Made by a program: the position numbers and the translations under genes
Assembly: GCF_006345805.1 (NCBI RefSeq)
Contig: NC_043015.1
Span: forward strand, 50,468,001-50,532,000
DNA length: 64,000 bases
Direction: 5' to 3'
Source: Octopus sinensis
Taxonomy: Eukaryota
The notes under the pieces: model-generated
What the model was told of the DNA's origin: nothing
Databases searched by the model: none
Seen by the model: the letters and a program-made list of their open reading frames with translations, nothing else
Shown here: piece after piece, positions 24,300-36,995 of the stretch
How positions within the stretch are numbered: the stretch's first letter is position 1
Layout: each line of letters begins with the position of its first letter

Positions 24300-24600
24300 A
24301 TATCGTGTGGCACTTTGGGTGAGTGTCGTGTCACTTCTGGTAAGTGTCATGTCACTTTGGGTGAGTGTTGTGACACTTTAGGCATGTGCCCATGCACTTT
24401 GGGTGAGTGTTGTGACAGTTTAGGTGAGTGCTGTGACACTTTGGGTGAGTGTCATGATACTTTGGGCAAGTGTCATGAGACTTTGGGTGAGTGTTGTGAC
24501 ACTTTGGGCAAGTGTTGTGGCACTTTGGGTGAGTGTTGTGGCACTTTGGGCAAGTGTTGTGGCACTTTGGGTGAGTGTTGTGGCACTTTAGGTGATTGTC
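24300..24600 (+). repeat. 21-bp minisatellite (gacactttgggtgagtgttgt) derived from an S1 SINE segment
   Basis: Unit matches S1 gtggcaccttgggcaagtgtc; flanked by reiterated S1 heads at 24125-24300 and 24600-24650. Confidence 0.85.
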
Positions 24601-25409
24601 TTCTCAATCAGTTGATAGTGGGTTCAGTTCCACTGCATGACACTTTGGGAAAGTTTTATCTACTTACAATCCAGAACTGATCAAGGCCTTATGAGTTGAT
24701 TAGGGTTAGGGTTAGTTGATTAGGTAGATGGGAACTTAGCCCATTGTGTGTGTGTGTGTGTGTGTGTGCGTGCAAGCATGTCTTTGTTTTGACATTGCAT
24801 CATCATTGTAAATGAGTGTCACTGTCACACAAGCAGTGCCATTCATTTCCAATCTTCCATGAAAACATGTCTGGTCAAGAGGAAACATTACCTAGCTTGG
24901 AAACAGATAAAGGTTGATGACAGGAAGAGCATCTGTCTGTAGAAAATCTGCCTCAACGAAATCGGTCTGAACCTTGAAAGCATGGGAAAGCAGACGTAAT
25001 GATGACGACGATGAGGAAGATGATGACAGAAAAGGAAATCATTGAAAGAAAAGGAAGGAAATTGAATAAATTCTTAGTAGTAAAATACCGTTTGTTTGGT
25101 TAGTAAAATAAATCACAAGTGTAAAAAGAGATAAATGAGCGTAAAATTTTTCGGAGGATGCTAGTTTTACTGGAACAATGCGAGACAAAATAGTTTAAAT
25201 AACAAAAAATATCAAAAACAAAACACAACTAAAGAAGAATTACTATAATTTATGCGCAGTGATTAGGACAGATTAAGCCAATAATAAAAAAAATAATACG
25301 AAAAAAAATACATATTCTCCATAACCTTGAATCCACTTCGCTGCAGACCATTTTATTTTGGCTTGAAAGCTTTTAAAAAGACAGTAAATAACTTTTGTTT
25401 TTATTTTTT

Positions 25410-25415
25410 GTTGTG

Positions 25416-25466
<51 letters not shown>

Positions 25467-25474
25467 TTATTACT

Positions 25475-25507
<33 letters not shown>

Positions 25508-25620
25508 TCATTATTATCATTATCATTATTAATATTATTGTTATTATTATTACTACTACTACTACTATTATTATTATTATTATTATATTATTATTATCAT
25601 TATTATTATTATTATTATCA

Positions 25621-25651
<31 letters not shown>

Positions 25652-25712
25652 TATTATTATTATCATCATCATCATCATCATCATTATTATCATCATTATT
25701 ATTATTACTATT
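25410..25712. repeat. (TAC)n/(ATC)n/(ATT)n compound microsatellite
   Basis: Seen directly; continues at 26040-26220. Confidence 0.95.
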
Positions 25713-25719
25713 CTTAAAA

Positions 25720-26040
25720 GACTCCGCCGGTTACGACGACGAGGGTCCCAGCTGATACGATCAACGGAACAGCTTGCTCGTGAAATTAACGTGCAAATGG
25801 CTGAGCATTCCACAGACACGTGTACCCTTAACGTAGTTCTCGGGGATAATCAGCGTGACACAGAGAGTGACAAGGCTGACCCTTTGAAATACAAGTACAA
25901 CTCATTTTTGCCAGCTGAGTGGACTGGAGCAACGTGAAATAAAGTGTCTTGCTCAAGGACACAACGCGTCGCCGGGAATCGAACTCACAACCTTACGATC
26001 ATGAGCCGAATGCCCTAACCACTAAGCCACGCGCCCTCAC
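25720..26040 (-). mobile_element. Full-length, CpG-intact (young) tRNA-derived SINE S2
   Basis: Minus strand: A-box tggcttagtggttagg, B-box gagttcgattccc, then gtgtccttgagcaagacac...gctccagtccactcagctg. Confidence 0.88.
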
Positions 26041-26514
26041 TTATTACTATTATTATTATCATCATCATCATCATTATTATTATCATCATTATTAATATTA
26101 TCATTATCATTATTATCATTATTATCATTATTATCATTATCATTATTATTATCATTATTATCATTATTATCATTATCATTATTATTATTATTAACATTAT
26201 TATTATTGTTGTTGTTGTTGCTGTTTTTCACTTTGTCTACCTCAGTAATTTCATTCGAATTGAATGTCACCATCTGCCCTTTACTCTGCTGGCAATAATT
26301 TTAATTTCATGCCCAATTAATTTTGTCTCATTGGCTGCAGCAAGTATAAAATGTGAAAATGTCTGGAGAATTTTTCATTATCGTTTTTTTTTGTAATTTT
26401 TAATTTATTTATTTTCTTTCAGACTTAACTCTGATTTTTAGTAAATTAATACAAATAATGTGGGGTACTCTGGTACTCTCTAAGCAATTCTGAGATTAAA
26501 TATTGCTTCCTGTC

Positions 26515-26945
26515 GGGTATGTGTGTGAGTTGTGTGAGTGTGTGTGAGGTGTGTGAGTGTGTGTGTGTGTGTATGTATGTGTGTGTGCGTGTGAGTTGTA
26601 TGTGTATGTGAGTTATGTGTGTGTGTGTGTGAGTTCTATGTGCGTGTCTGAGCATGAGTGTGTGTGAGTTGTGTGTGTGAGCATGCGTGTGAGTGTATGC
26701 GTGTGTGCATGCATGTGTGGATGTGTGCATGCACATGTGCACACACACACACACAACTCACACATGTGTGCGTGCATGTGTATGGTTGTGCACATGTATG
26801 CATGTATATATACATGTGTGTGTGAACATGCATTCGTGTGCATGTGTGTGCACATGCATGTGAATGCATACATATGTGTGTGTATGCATGTGTATGTGCA
26901 TGTGTGTGTATGCATGTGTGTGTGCATGAGTGCATGAGTGTGTCA
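26515..26945. repeat. Degenerate (GT)n/(ATGC) microsatellite
   Basis: Seen directly. Confidence 0.9.
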
Positions 26946-27485
26946 AGATGTGTGGCCTAGTGGCTAGGGCATTGCGCTTACAGTCATTTAGATTATGGTT
27001 TCAAGTCCTGGGCAGGGAGGTGCAGTGTGTTCTTGAGCAAGACACTTCATTTACATTCCTACAGATGAGTAATCCTGTGACCGACCAGCATCCAGTTCAA
27101 GGGAAATGTAGGGATCTCAGTCACCTACACTCCATGGGGACTGCATCACCAGCCTGATGGGTCCTGGGGCTCAATACAGATGCACTACTTCTATTACTAT
27201 ATTCTCTCTCCCCACCAACTGGGGTAGCCATGTATCCTCTCTACAGCAAGTCACCTGCAAGGAGGCATGTAGCGTAGCGGACTCATGATTGTAAGATTGT
27301 GGTTTCAATTCCTGGACTGGGTGGTGTTCTTGAACAAAACACTTCATTTCATGTTGCTCCAGTCCACTCAGCTGGCAAAAATGAATCCTGCAAGGGACTG
27401 GTGTCCCATCCAGGTGGGAAATTTATTCGCCATGGAAACCAGTCCTTATGAGTCAACATGACTCGGGAAGGTAACTTTACCTTTA
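26945..27485 (+). mobile_element. Two decayed tRNA-headed SINEs (S2-related core) at ~26945-27170 and ~27265-27485
   Basis: tggcctagtggctaggg...ggtttcaagtcct; gttcttga(g/a)caa(g/a)acacttcattt core in both. Confidence 0.65.
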
Positions 27486-29621
27486 CTTTACCTGTTTCTG
27501 TCCCTGTGTCATACCTGAACCTCTCATTACCTGGCACAAACCTACCTCTGTCACTACCAGTCCGCTTCTCAGTTGAAGGGGCCTTGTTTTACAGGTTACT
27601 TGGTAACCTCACTGGTGCTGGTGGAACATAAAAAGCGCCCAACACACTCTATAAAATGGTTGGCATTAGGAAGGGCATCCAACCACTGAAACCATGCCAA
27701 AACAGAAATTGGAGGCTTTGGTCATACCAGCATACCAGCTCCTATCAAACCATCCAACCCATGTCAATATGGAAAAGGGATAGAAAAAGAAAAGGGTGGT
27801 TGAGTATCGGGGATGCTAGAGTGCCAGACTAAAACCCTTACAGTAATAAGTTTTGCCAGTTCATAGTTCTTGAGTTCAAATCCAACTGTGGGGATAAACA
27901 TTGTTCTTTATCCCAATGGGGTTAATAAACTAACCATCAGCCATATCATCATCATCGTTGTCATGGTTTAATGTCCTCCTTCCATGCTGGCATGGTTGGA
28001 TGGTTTGACAGGAGCTGGCCAGGCAGAAGATTGCACCATACTTCTGTGTCTGTTTTGGTATGGTTTTTATGGGTGGATGCCCTTCCTAACACCAACCATC
28101 CTGAAATTCAATTTGCTAGAAATCTGGTGCATTGTTCTAGTGGGAGAAACCATTTTATAGTCTTAAAATTACTGTAAGCCATTTTCTTCATGGTTTCTGG
28201 TTCAATCCCACTGCATGGCACCTTGAGCAAATGCCTTCTTCTATAGTCCCGGGTTGACCAATGTCTTGTGAGTGAATCTGGTAGACGGAAACTGTGTGGA
28301 TTCCGTCCGCTCACCATCTTTTAACATAGATACTAATAAAGCAATTAATTCTTTCTTACTTTGGAAAAACCCCAGCAATGTTAGGGGAGTGAGTAAGTGA
28401 GGGGCATCAACCCCAGTACGTAACTGATATTTATTTTATCAATCTTGACAGGATGAAAGGCAAATTTGAACCCAGAATGGAAGAGCTGGAAAAATTGCTG
28501 ACAAGCATTTTGCCTGGTATGGTAATGACTCTGTCAGCTTGCTGCTTTGATAAAGAAATCAATGATAATTATTTTTACATTTAGAAGGAAAGGTTGCTGT
28601 AATTAAGTAAGAATTGAGTCAGTCAGTTAGCATCAGGATCAACGCTTAGAAGTTTATGAAGACCGAGATTATTAGATGAACAAGTTACTTGCTTCCTAAC
28701 ATGGTGACATGTGTTAGGAGACAAGTAAGTTACTTACTCACAAATCAGAAAAACCTGAAAGCTAAAGATCTGACTTTATTCTGGGCAGAAAGTGGAATAT
28801 AAAACAGACCCTGTGAGAACAATGTGTCTATGAAAAAAGAGGGGTTTCTAAAGGATACTAATAAAAATATTTTGTTTTATAGAGTGTTATTAAAAGTACA
28901 TGAAGTTATAATTATTTGTAAAGGAGTAGAAGACAGCAACTGAACAATTCCAATTTAGTTTGATAAGATTTGTAGCTAAAACTACAGGAGACATAACTCT
29001 CTTGAATAGCAAGATACATTAGAGAATAATGTACGAAAGATTAGTTTGGAAACAGTAGAAGACAGGAGGTAGCAAAGAATTACATTTAAATACAATGCTG
29101 GTTTACCAATTATTGCAAGACAGAAAAGAAGTAGATTCTAGAAGATAATTAACTAGCATTCTTTCTTTTCATCTATGTCTTTGAAACTATTGTAAAGAAT
29201 TTCAAGACTATAAGCTGCTGGTGTTTCTTTATGCTGGTTGACATTGGTTCTGACTTGATAATCAAATAGAATAGGTGAGGGAAATTAGAAACATGGAAAA
29301 AGAGAATTATATTCTAGATTGAAGACAAGTAAAACTGAACACAGTCGAATACTCAACTAAGTTAAAACAGCAGTAGAAGTATCTAACTGATTAAATGAAA
29401 GGAATGGTTATGATTAGAATTTAGGGAAGAAAGTATTAAAGAATATGGTATTCAGTTCAATTCAATAGAATTTAAGTTTATTGTTGTTGCACACACAGAC
29501 ATACTGAAAAATGGTTCTAATGGGGGGAAAGTACAATAAATAAGTATACAAGAATGGCTGTAGAATTTCCAACAAACCAGCAAGGCTTTTAAATGTACCA
29601 GATGTACAGATATAACCAATA

Positions 29622-29791
29622 CTATAAATCAGCTAAGAACCGGAGATCAAAGAGCAGTTTTGTTTTATTGCGGGTAGGAGGAGAGTAATGAGGATGGAGA
29701 GTAAGGAGAAAAGAAGAAGAAGAAAAGGAGGAGGAGGTGCAAGAAGTTGAAGAAAAATGTACTTCAACTTTTTGGGTTGACCTAAATTGAC
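29622..29791 (-). CDS. Candidate terminal exon (GQFRSTQKVEVHF...LLFDLRFLADL*)
   Basis: tttatcattgttcccag| phase-1 frame with 56 full codons including the stop. Followed by ~1 kb of unique AT-rich sequence with minus-strand AATAAA at 29477-29482 and 28775-28780. Confidence 0.25.
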
Positions 29792-29849
29792 CTGGGAACA
29801 ATGATAAATAAATAAATGTCATTAATATGAGGAACATTGAACATTGAAT

Positions 29850-30439
29850 TTAACCTTTGAGCATTCGGATTATTCTGCTAAATGTAATTCTGGTTTATAC
29901 TTTTACTCTTTTACTTGTTCCAGTCATCTGACTGTGGCCATGATGGAGCACTGACTCTGAAGGGTTCTAGCTGAACAAATCGAACCTGAGACTTATTTTT
30001 TAAAGTCTATTACTTATTCTATCAGTCTCTTTTGCCAAACTGCTAAGTTACAGGGACATAGACACATCAACACTGGTTGTCAAGCAGTGATGGGAAGACA
30101 AACACAGACACACACACACACATACATACACACACACACACGTACACACACAATTTCTGTCTACCAAATCCACTCACGAGGCTTTGCTCGACTCAAGGCT
30201 TTAGTAGAAGACACTTGCCCAAGGTGCCCCACAGTGGGACTAAACCTGGAACCAAACTTCTTACACACAGACACACTGAAAAGTGATTCTAATAGAGGAA
30301 GTACATACAGTGTTTTGATGGTGTGAATGTTTATTTCTAGAATGACATGGTTGGAGAGGATGTGAGAGGCTGGATGTGGCAGCATAAAAAAGTAGAATAT
30401 TTGGGTTGAATATGGCCAGTTTAAATGCTAAATAGTTAA
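29850..30439. mobile_element. piggyBac-like MITE (TTAA ends) with a nested minus-strand S1 SINE (~29900-30268)
   Basis: ttaacctttgagca ... tgctaaatagttaa; interior matches 30450-30630 and 63032-63262. Confidence 0.65.
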
Positions 30440-30819
30440 ATTGTTTCAGGTTCTTGATTAATTTTCTCACATTCTGATTATCCTGTCAAATCTAATGATT
30501 ATGGATTATCTTGTGACTTTGAGATTTCAAAGATGTGATCATTCATTTTTAGATTGACATTGACGGGTAGGTATGAAAGGCCAGATTTGGCTAGTTTGAA
30601 CATAAAACAGGTAGAGTATTTGGGTTGGATATGGTACTCCAGAAATGAATATCCTGTGTTTTTTATATCCAGGTTTATGCTGTCCAATGTGAAGGGCCTA
30701 TTAAAAAAAATTGGCTTGAATGTAAAGGAAATCTGTACAACAGGCAGTGCTCCAGCATGGCCACAGTTAAATGACTGAAACAAGTAAAAGAATAAAAGAA
30801 TAACAGCTAACAATATCAT

Positions 30820-30936
30820 AATGATTTCAAATTTTGGCACAAGGCCAGCAATTTCAAGGGAAGGTGACCCCAGTACTCAACTGGTACTTCATTTGAAACA
30901 GAAGGAATGAAAGGTAAAGTTAACCTCTACAGAATA

Positions 30937-30968
<32 letters not shown>

Positions 30969-31177
30969 AATAATAATAATAATGATTTCAAATTCTGGCA
31001 CAAGGCTAGCAATTTCAAGGGAGGGAGGGAGGAGCAAGTTGATACAACTGGTAGTTATTTTATTGGCCCTGAAAGGATGAAAAGCAAAATCGACCTCACT
31101 AGAATTTGAACTCAGAACATAAAGACAGATGAAATGTTGTTAAGCATTTTGCCTGGTATGCTAATGATTCTGCCAGT
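30820..31177 (-). mobile_element. Two S4 SINE copies separated by (GAT/AAT)n
   Basis: tttcaaatt(t/c)tggcacaagg repeated; ggatgaaaagcaaaatcgacctc...gaatttgaactcagaac. Confidence 0.75.
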
Positions 31178-31658
31178 TCATCATCTTCCAATAATAATAA
31201 TGATAATAATAATAATAGTAGTAGTAGTAGTAATAATAATCAATAATAATAGTCATAGCCAAAGTAATAGCACAATAACAGTTATGACTAATGTCTCAAT
31301 AACATATAATTCATTTTTAATGGTGGAATAAACAAGCTACAAATACCAGTATATATAAATTAGGTTAAAACCCCTTCAGATATACAATATTTGAATGCTG
31401 ACATTTATAGTTTTGTGTATTTCGAACTCTATCATTATAAACAAATTATTTCATGTCTTGAAGTTTCTAAATTCTTTTGACACAAACAAGAAGTTATAAC
31501 CAATGTTATAATAACAGTTATGACTAATGCTACAGTAACACAAAAATATCATAACTGATGTTACAATGTTATGAATACTGTCACAGTACCAATGTAACAG
31601 TTGTAGCCGATGTAAATGTTACCATAGTAACAGTTGTAACCAGTATCACACAGTCTAA

Positions 31659-32032
31659 AAGGACCTTCTTTAGTCATGAATGACCAAGGGATTGCACCTA
31701 TAAAAATTACCCTCTGTGGCACAAGCCTCAACATGAATGACCATGGGATTGCACCTAGAAGTTTACCCTCTGAGGCACAAGTCTGGGGAAGGTTGTTTAT
31801 GGAAGACCAGCAGTCGCACATGCATACCAGCCTCTCCTCTCCATGCCACCGATGTCATCCAAGGGAAAGGCAAGGGCCGATACAGCTTGGCACTTGTGAC
31901 GTTGCAACTCATTTCTACAACTGAGTGAACTGGAGCAATGTGAAATATAGTGTCTTGCTCAAGAACACAACCCACAGCTTGGTCTGGGAATCGAACACAC
32001 AACCTCATGATTGTGAGCCCGATGTCCTAACA
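31659..32032 (-). mobile_element. tRNA-derived SINE family S7
   Basis: Colinear with 48580-48903; tRNA-like head on the minus strand (ggttgtgtgttcgattccc). Confidence 0.8.
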
Positions 32033-32800
32033 ACAGCATAAAGAGAATTAAACTATATTACAGTAATATGGTAATATGAAAATGTCCCACTGTATCAAAA
32101 TAACAGTTATGACCAATGTTATAGTCATTCTATAACAATCATAACCAATATCATAACCAATATCATAACAACAATATCATAACCAATGTCATAACAACAA
32201 TATCATAACCAATATCATAACAACAATATCATAACCAATGTCATAACAACAATATCATAACCAATATCATAAACAATGTCATAACAACAATTTCCTTTAT
32301 ACTATAGGCACAAGGCCTGCAATTTGGGGGTGGTGGGATAGTCAATTTCATCGACTCCAGTGTTTCACAGGTACTTAATTTATCAACTCTGAAAGGATGA
32401 AAGGTAAAGTTGACCTCGGCGTAATTTGAACTCAGAACATGAAGACAGACAAAATGTCGCTAAGCATTTCGCCCAACGTTCTAATGATTCTGCCAAAAAC
32501 CAATGATACAATACAGGAGCACAATAGCAATTATACCTACATCACTGTGTCAAAATATCACTATAATAGGTGTAACCAATGTTAGACGAACATGGTACTA
32601 GTTATAACCAATGTCACAGTAATACTATAAAAACGCTATAACAAATCTTGTTGTGTTTAAGGAGAGTCATTAAGCCAGTATTATTAACACACACACTGGT
32701 TCAATTCCACTCCTCATGTAGGTAGGTACACAGTTAGTATGGACAGACATGAATATACATACACACACAAGGAGACAGAAACACATGACAATACATACAC

Positions 32801-33159
32801 ATCATCATCATCATTGTTCGACCGTGGTCGAGACAATGGAATTTACTATGTTACGCCAGACTTCACGGTCCATCATAGCATTACGGAGATCCTGTTGCTG
32901 GATGCCTGTATCCCTGGAGATTACATCAGGGTAGGAGAGTGTGCGCCCTCTGGTGTTGCGAGTAGATGGCTTCCAGAGGAGAAGAGTAGAAATTACTTCT
33001 TTTTCAGCTCTACAACAATGTCCAGCAAACTGGACTCTCCTACCTTTCACAAGAGATGACACAGGTGGTAATTTCCCATATATTTGCATTTTGGTTGGAT
33101 GGCGCCTCCACGAGAGATTTTGAGCTCTCATAAGGAGGCGAGTGTAGGTTCCACACTCC
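32801..33159 (-). mobile_element. 5'-truncated RTE LINE 3' end with (GAT)n tail
   Basis: YTRLLMRAQNLSWRRHPTKMQIYGKLPPVS...FAGHC...DREVWR...VEQ*; possible TSD atacatacac. Confidence 0.88.
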
Positions 33160-33559
33160 ATACATACACACTCTCCACACATAATACATACACACATGGA
33201 CATATGCATACACATGCATACACAACAGGTGCAAATTCATACACATAGGCACAAACTCATATGTATAGATACACTCAAGCATACACACACACACACACAC
33301 ACACACAAGGAAGCAGAAGTACATACACAAACACATGCAAACACACATGAACACAAACACACAAGCACTCACACACATACAGATGCATGAATATTCAGAA
33401 GGAAACATTCATACATACACAAGCACACTGCCATGCACATACACACACACAACAAGGCCTCAAGCAGACAAACGTGGCCTCCATAACAGACTAAGATAAA
33501 AGTCACTGAAAAGGTCGCAAGTAACAATGAAAGAGCTGTGACAAACAAAAAAACAAAAC

Positions 33560-34400
33560 ACTATGACATATGATGAATGTCATAGTGATACTATAGCAGT
33601 TATGACCGATATCACATTAATGCAACAACAGTTATGACCTAAGTCAGAATTAGGAGAAAGTGATTAGTGTCATAGCAACATGTCACAATAACACTATAAT
33701 AGTTATAACCAATGTCATAATGATACTGTAGCAGTTATGACGCATGTCATAATACTCTAACAGTTATGACCAAAGTCAGAATTAACAAAAAGTGATTAGT
33801 GTCACAGTAACATGTCACAATAACACTATAATAGTTATGACCAATGTCACAATGATACTGTAGCAGTTATGATGCATGTCATATTACTCTAACAGTTATG
33901 ACCAAAGTCAGAATTAACAAAAAGTGATTAGTGTCACAGTAACATGTCACAATAACACTATAATAGTTATGACCAATGTCACAATGATACTGTAGCAGTT
34001 ATGATGCACATCATATTACTCTAACAGTTATGACCAAAGTCAGAATTAACAGAAAGTGATTAGTGTCACAGTAACATGTCACAATAACACTATAATAGTT
34101 ATGACCAATGTCACAATGATACTGTAGCAGTTATGATGCATGTCATATTACTCTAACAGTTATGACCAAAGTCAGAATTAACAGAAAGTGATTAGTGTCA
34201 CAGTAACATGTCACAATAACACTATAATAGTTACGACCAATGTCACAGTGATACTGTAGCAGTTATGATGCATGTCATATCACTCTAAAAGTTATGACCA
34301 AAGTCAGAATTAACAAAAAGTAATTAGTGTCACAGCAACATGTCACAATAACACTATAATAGTTATGACCAATGTTACAGTGATACTGTAATGTCATAGT
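33560..34400. repeat. 132-bp higher-order tandem repeat (4 x ~33-bp monomers, ~6 copies)
   Basis: aagtcagaatt anchor at 33639, 33771, 33903, 34035, 34167 and 34299; stops in all three minus-strand frames of the unit. Confidence 0.92.
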
Positions 34401-34896
34401 AACACTAACAATCATCAGCAAGATCACAATGATAGTCATAAGTAATGTCATAATGACAGTTTTATCTGAAAGATACATGAAACAATGTCACAGTAATACA
34501 CTAACATGTACGATAACAGCTCACTAATATATTAGCAATTAAAAAAATTCTGTATCACAGCAATAAATATTATCATATGAATGATATATGATAGGTTTAT
34601 ACAAATGCTACCTGTTGTATCAGGGTTTTTAAAATCTTTACAACTTGTACTAGAAGCCATTTATTTCACATTAATACCAAAAAAAAAAGGTAAAATGAGA
34701 AAAGAAATAAAAGAACAACTAAAAGGATTAAGTAATTTTGTATTTGTTAAAGTAATTACATGATTTAATGAAAACAACTACATCATATGTTTACAAGTGG
34801 TGCCAGGACTTTGGTGTCTGGAATTCAGGAATTCAGAACAGATGCTGCTATATTGTAAACTGTCAATGTTATAAATGCGTTATCTTTTATACTTAC

Positions 34897-34955
34897 AAAT
34901 TGTTTTCTAATGTTCTTGAAGATGTAGCGAAAAAAACAACAAAACCATTACTCAC
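34897..34955 (-). other. Candidate recursive-splice (AG|GT) site / 59-nt RS-exon
   Basis: ctgttttctttttctctttttgttcttctag|gtgagt ... ttt|gtaagt. Confidence 0.3.
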
Positions 34956-35419
34956 CTAGAAGAACAAAAAGAGAAAAAGAAAACAGAGGTTATTAATAAA
35001 AAAATTATTTCAATAAATATCATTGTATTTTATTTTTTTCTTGTGAAAAAACACAAAATATAATATATGCAGCGAAATGAAAACTAATGTTGACAAGCTT
35101 TAGGAAAAGTTTTAAAAACGGAGAAGAATGAACAGCAAAGTTAGCATAGAATTGGAAATATGATAACCAGAGAAAAGTGAACGTTCCATTATTGTTCGAA
35201 TAATCGATCAGTATTACGTTGTATAGGTACTGCACAGTTTTTCAGAATTTGGGTCAGGTTTAGTGTGGCATCACAAGACACTAACGCACACTTAAAGCTA
35301 CACACATTAGTCATAACCGAAGAAAATAACCAAATGCTAAATACACATTATATACCATCACACACAATATCAAAAAGTGAATGGAGATTTATACATTACA
35401 CAAATATATTTAACATATA

Positions 35420-35434
35420 TTTATATATATAGAT

Positions 35435-35472
<38 letters not shown>

Positions 35473-35550
35473 CATATATAGATATAATATATATATATAT
35501 TATTACATATATATATATATATATACATATATTATATATATATATTATAC

Positions 35551-35600
<50 letters not shown>

Positions 35601-35687
35601 TCTATATTTATATATATATACAAATAGATATATATACATATATATATGTATATATATATATATGTATATATATATATGTATATATAA

Positions 35688-35731
<44 letters not shown>

Positions 35732-35793
35732 CATATATATATATATACATATATATATATCTATCTATATATATATATATATATATCTATCTA

Positions 35794-35827
<34 letters not shown>

Positions 35828-35893
35828 CATATATATATATCTATCTATAATATATATATATATATATCTATCTATCTATCTATATATATATAT

Positions 35894-35954
<61 letters not shown>

Positions 35955-36040
35955 GTATATATATATATATATATATATATGTATGCATATATATATATAT
36001 ATGTATGCATATATATATATATATATATATGTATGTGTAT
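35420..36040. repeat. Long (AT)n-rich microsatellite
   Basis: Seen directly. Confidence 0.95.
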
Positions 36041-36254
36041 ATTGATATATATTTCTTTTAGTGCATGTTCATTACATACATATATTTATACACACACACA
36101 CACACGCACACGGCGCGCGCACGGACATGATATCCATATGTAAAAGGAAATAATATTTATTCAAAATTTCAGACTTTACAATTGTTACAATAGCCAAATA
36201 TTCACTACTTTGTCAGACGACAAAATTTTCAAATAATTGCAACTTATGACTATG

Positions 36255-36285
<31 letters not shown>

Positions 36286-36538
36286 ACACATACACGCACA
36301 CGCACACACATACACGCACACACACACACATTTACACACACACACTCGCACACACATGCACATATATTAACATACATACGTACATACTTACACACACCTA
36401 TCTGTCTATCTATATGTATAGAAACTATATATATACATATATATACATATCTATATATATATATATATATGCATATATATGTATACTTATATATTATATA
36501 TATATATATATATGCATATATATGTATACTTATATATT

Positions 36539-36574
<36 letters not shown>

Positions 36575-36624
36575 TGCACACACACACACACAACAACACA
36601 CACACACACACATATATACACATA

Positions 36625-36759
36625 CTTTTATTAAAGCTGCAAATTTGTCACAGAAATCTGTTACTCAGAGTTTCAGGTTCCTGTCCATTGGACAGTTGTG
36701 ATGATATTGGTATTTGAATACTATATATTTCACACTTTGTTTAGCACCTATGTGCACGT

Positions 36760-36805
<46 letters not shown>

Positions 36806-36995
36806 GTTAATCCCCCAAAAAATCACAAGAAGAAGAAAACAACAACAGCATGAGGACGTTGTACATGAAAAGTATTAGCAGACACTCAGGGAAGGAAAAC
36901 AAGGTGGTTTTACATGTCAAGCAAAACTGCTCTTCAGAAACAGGTGACAGGAAAAAAGTCCAAAAGAAAAAGAAGATAGAGGAAAAAAATCACCA
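36625..36995 (-). mobile_element. Penelope-like composite: family C plus family B, each with a degenerate hammerhead motif
   Basis: C motif at 36658-36695 and B motif at 36907-36943; same order and orientation as 61749-62085. Confidence 0.6.

Noticed and set aside
24315-24680. Metallothionein gene
   Set aside because: Cys repeats come from a SINE-derived 21-bp minisatellite; TTG start.
24700-24715. Interstitial telomeric (TTAGGG)n
   Set aside because: Fewer than three units; compatible with chance.
25960-26040. tRNA gene (also the heads at 15388, 11476 and 62418)
   Set aside because: A/B boxes continue into SINE bodies present in many copies, and I could not fold a complete cloverleaf.
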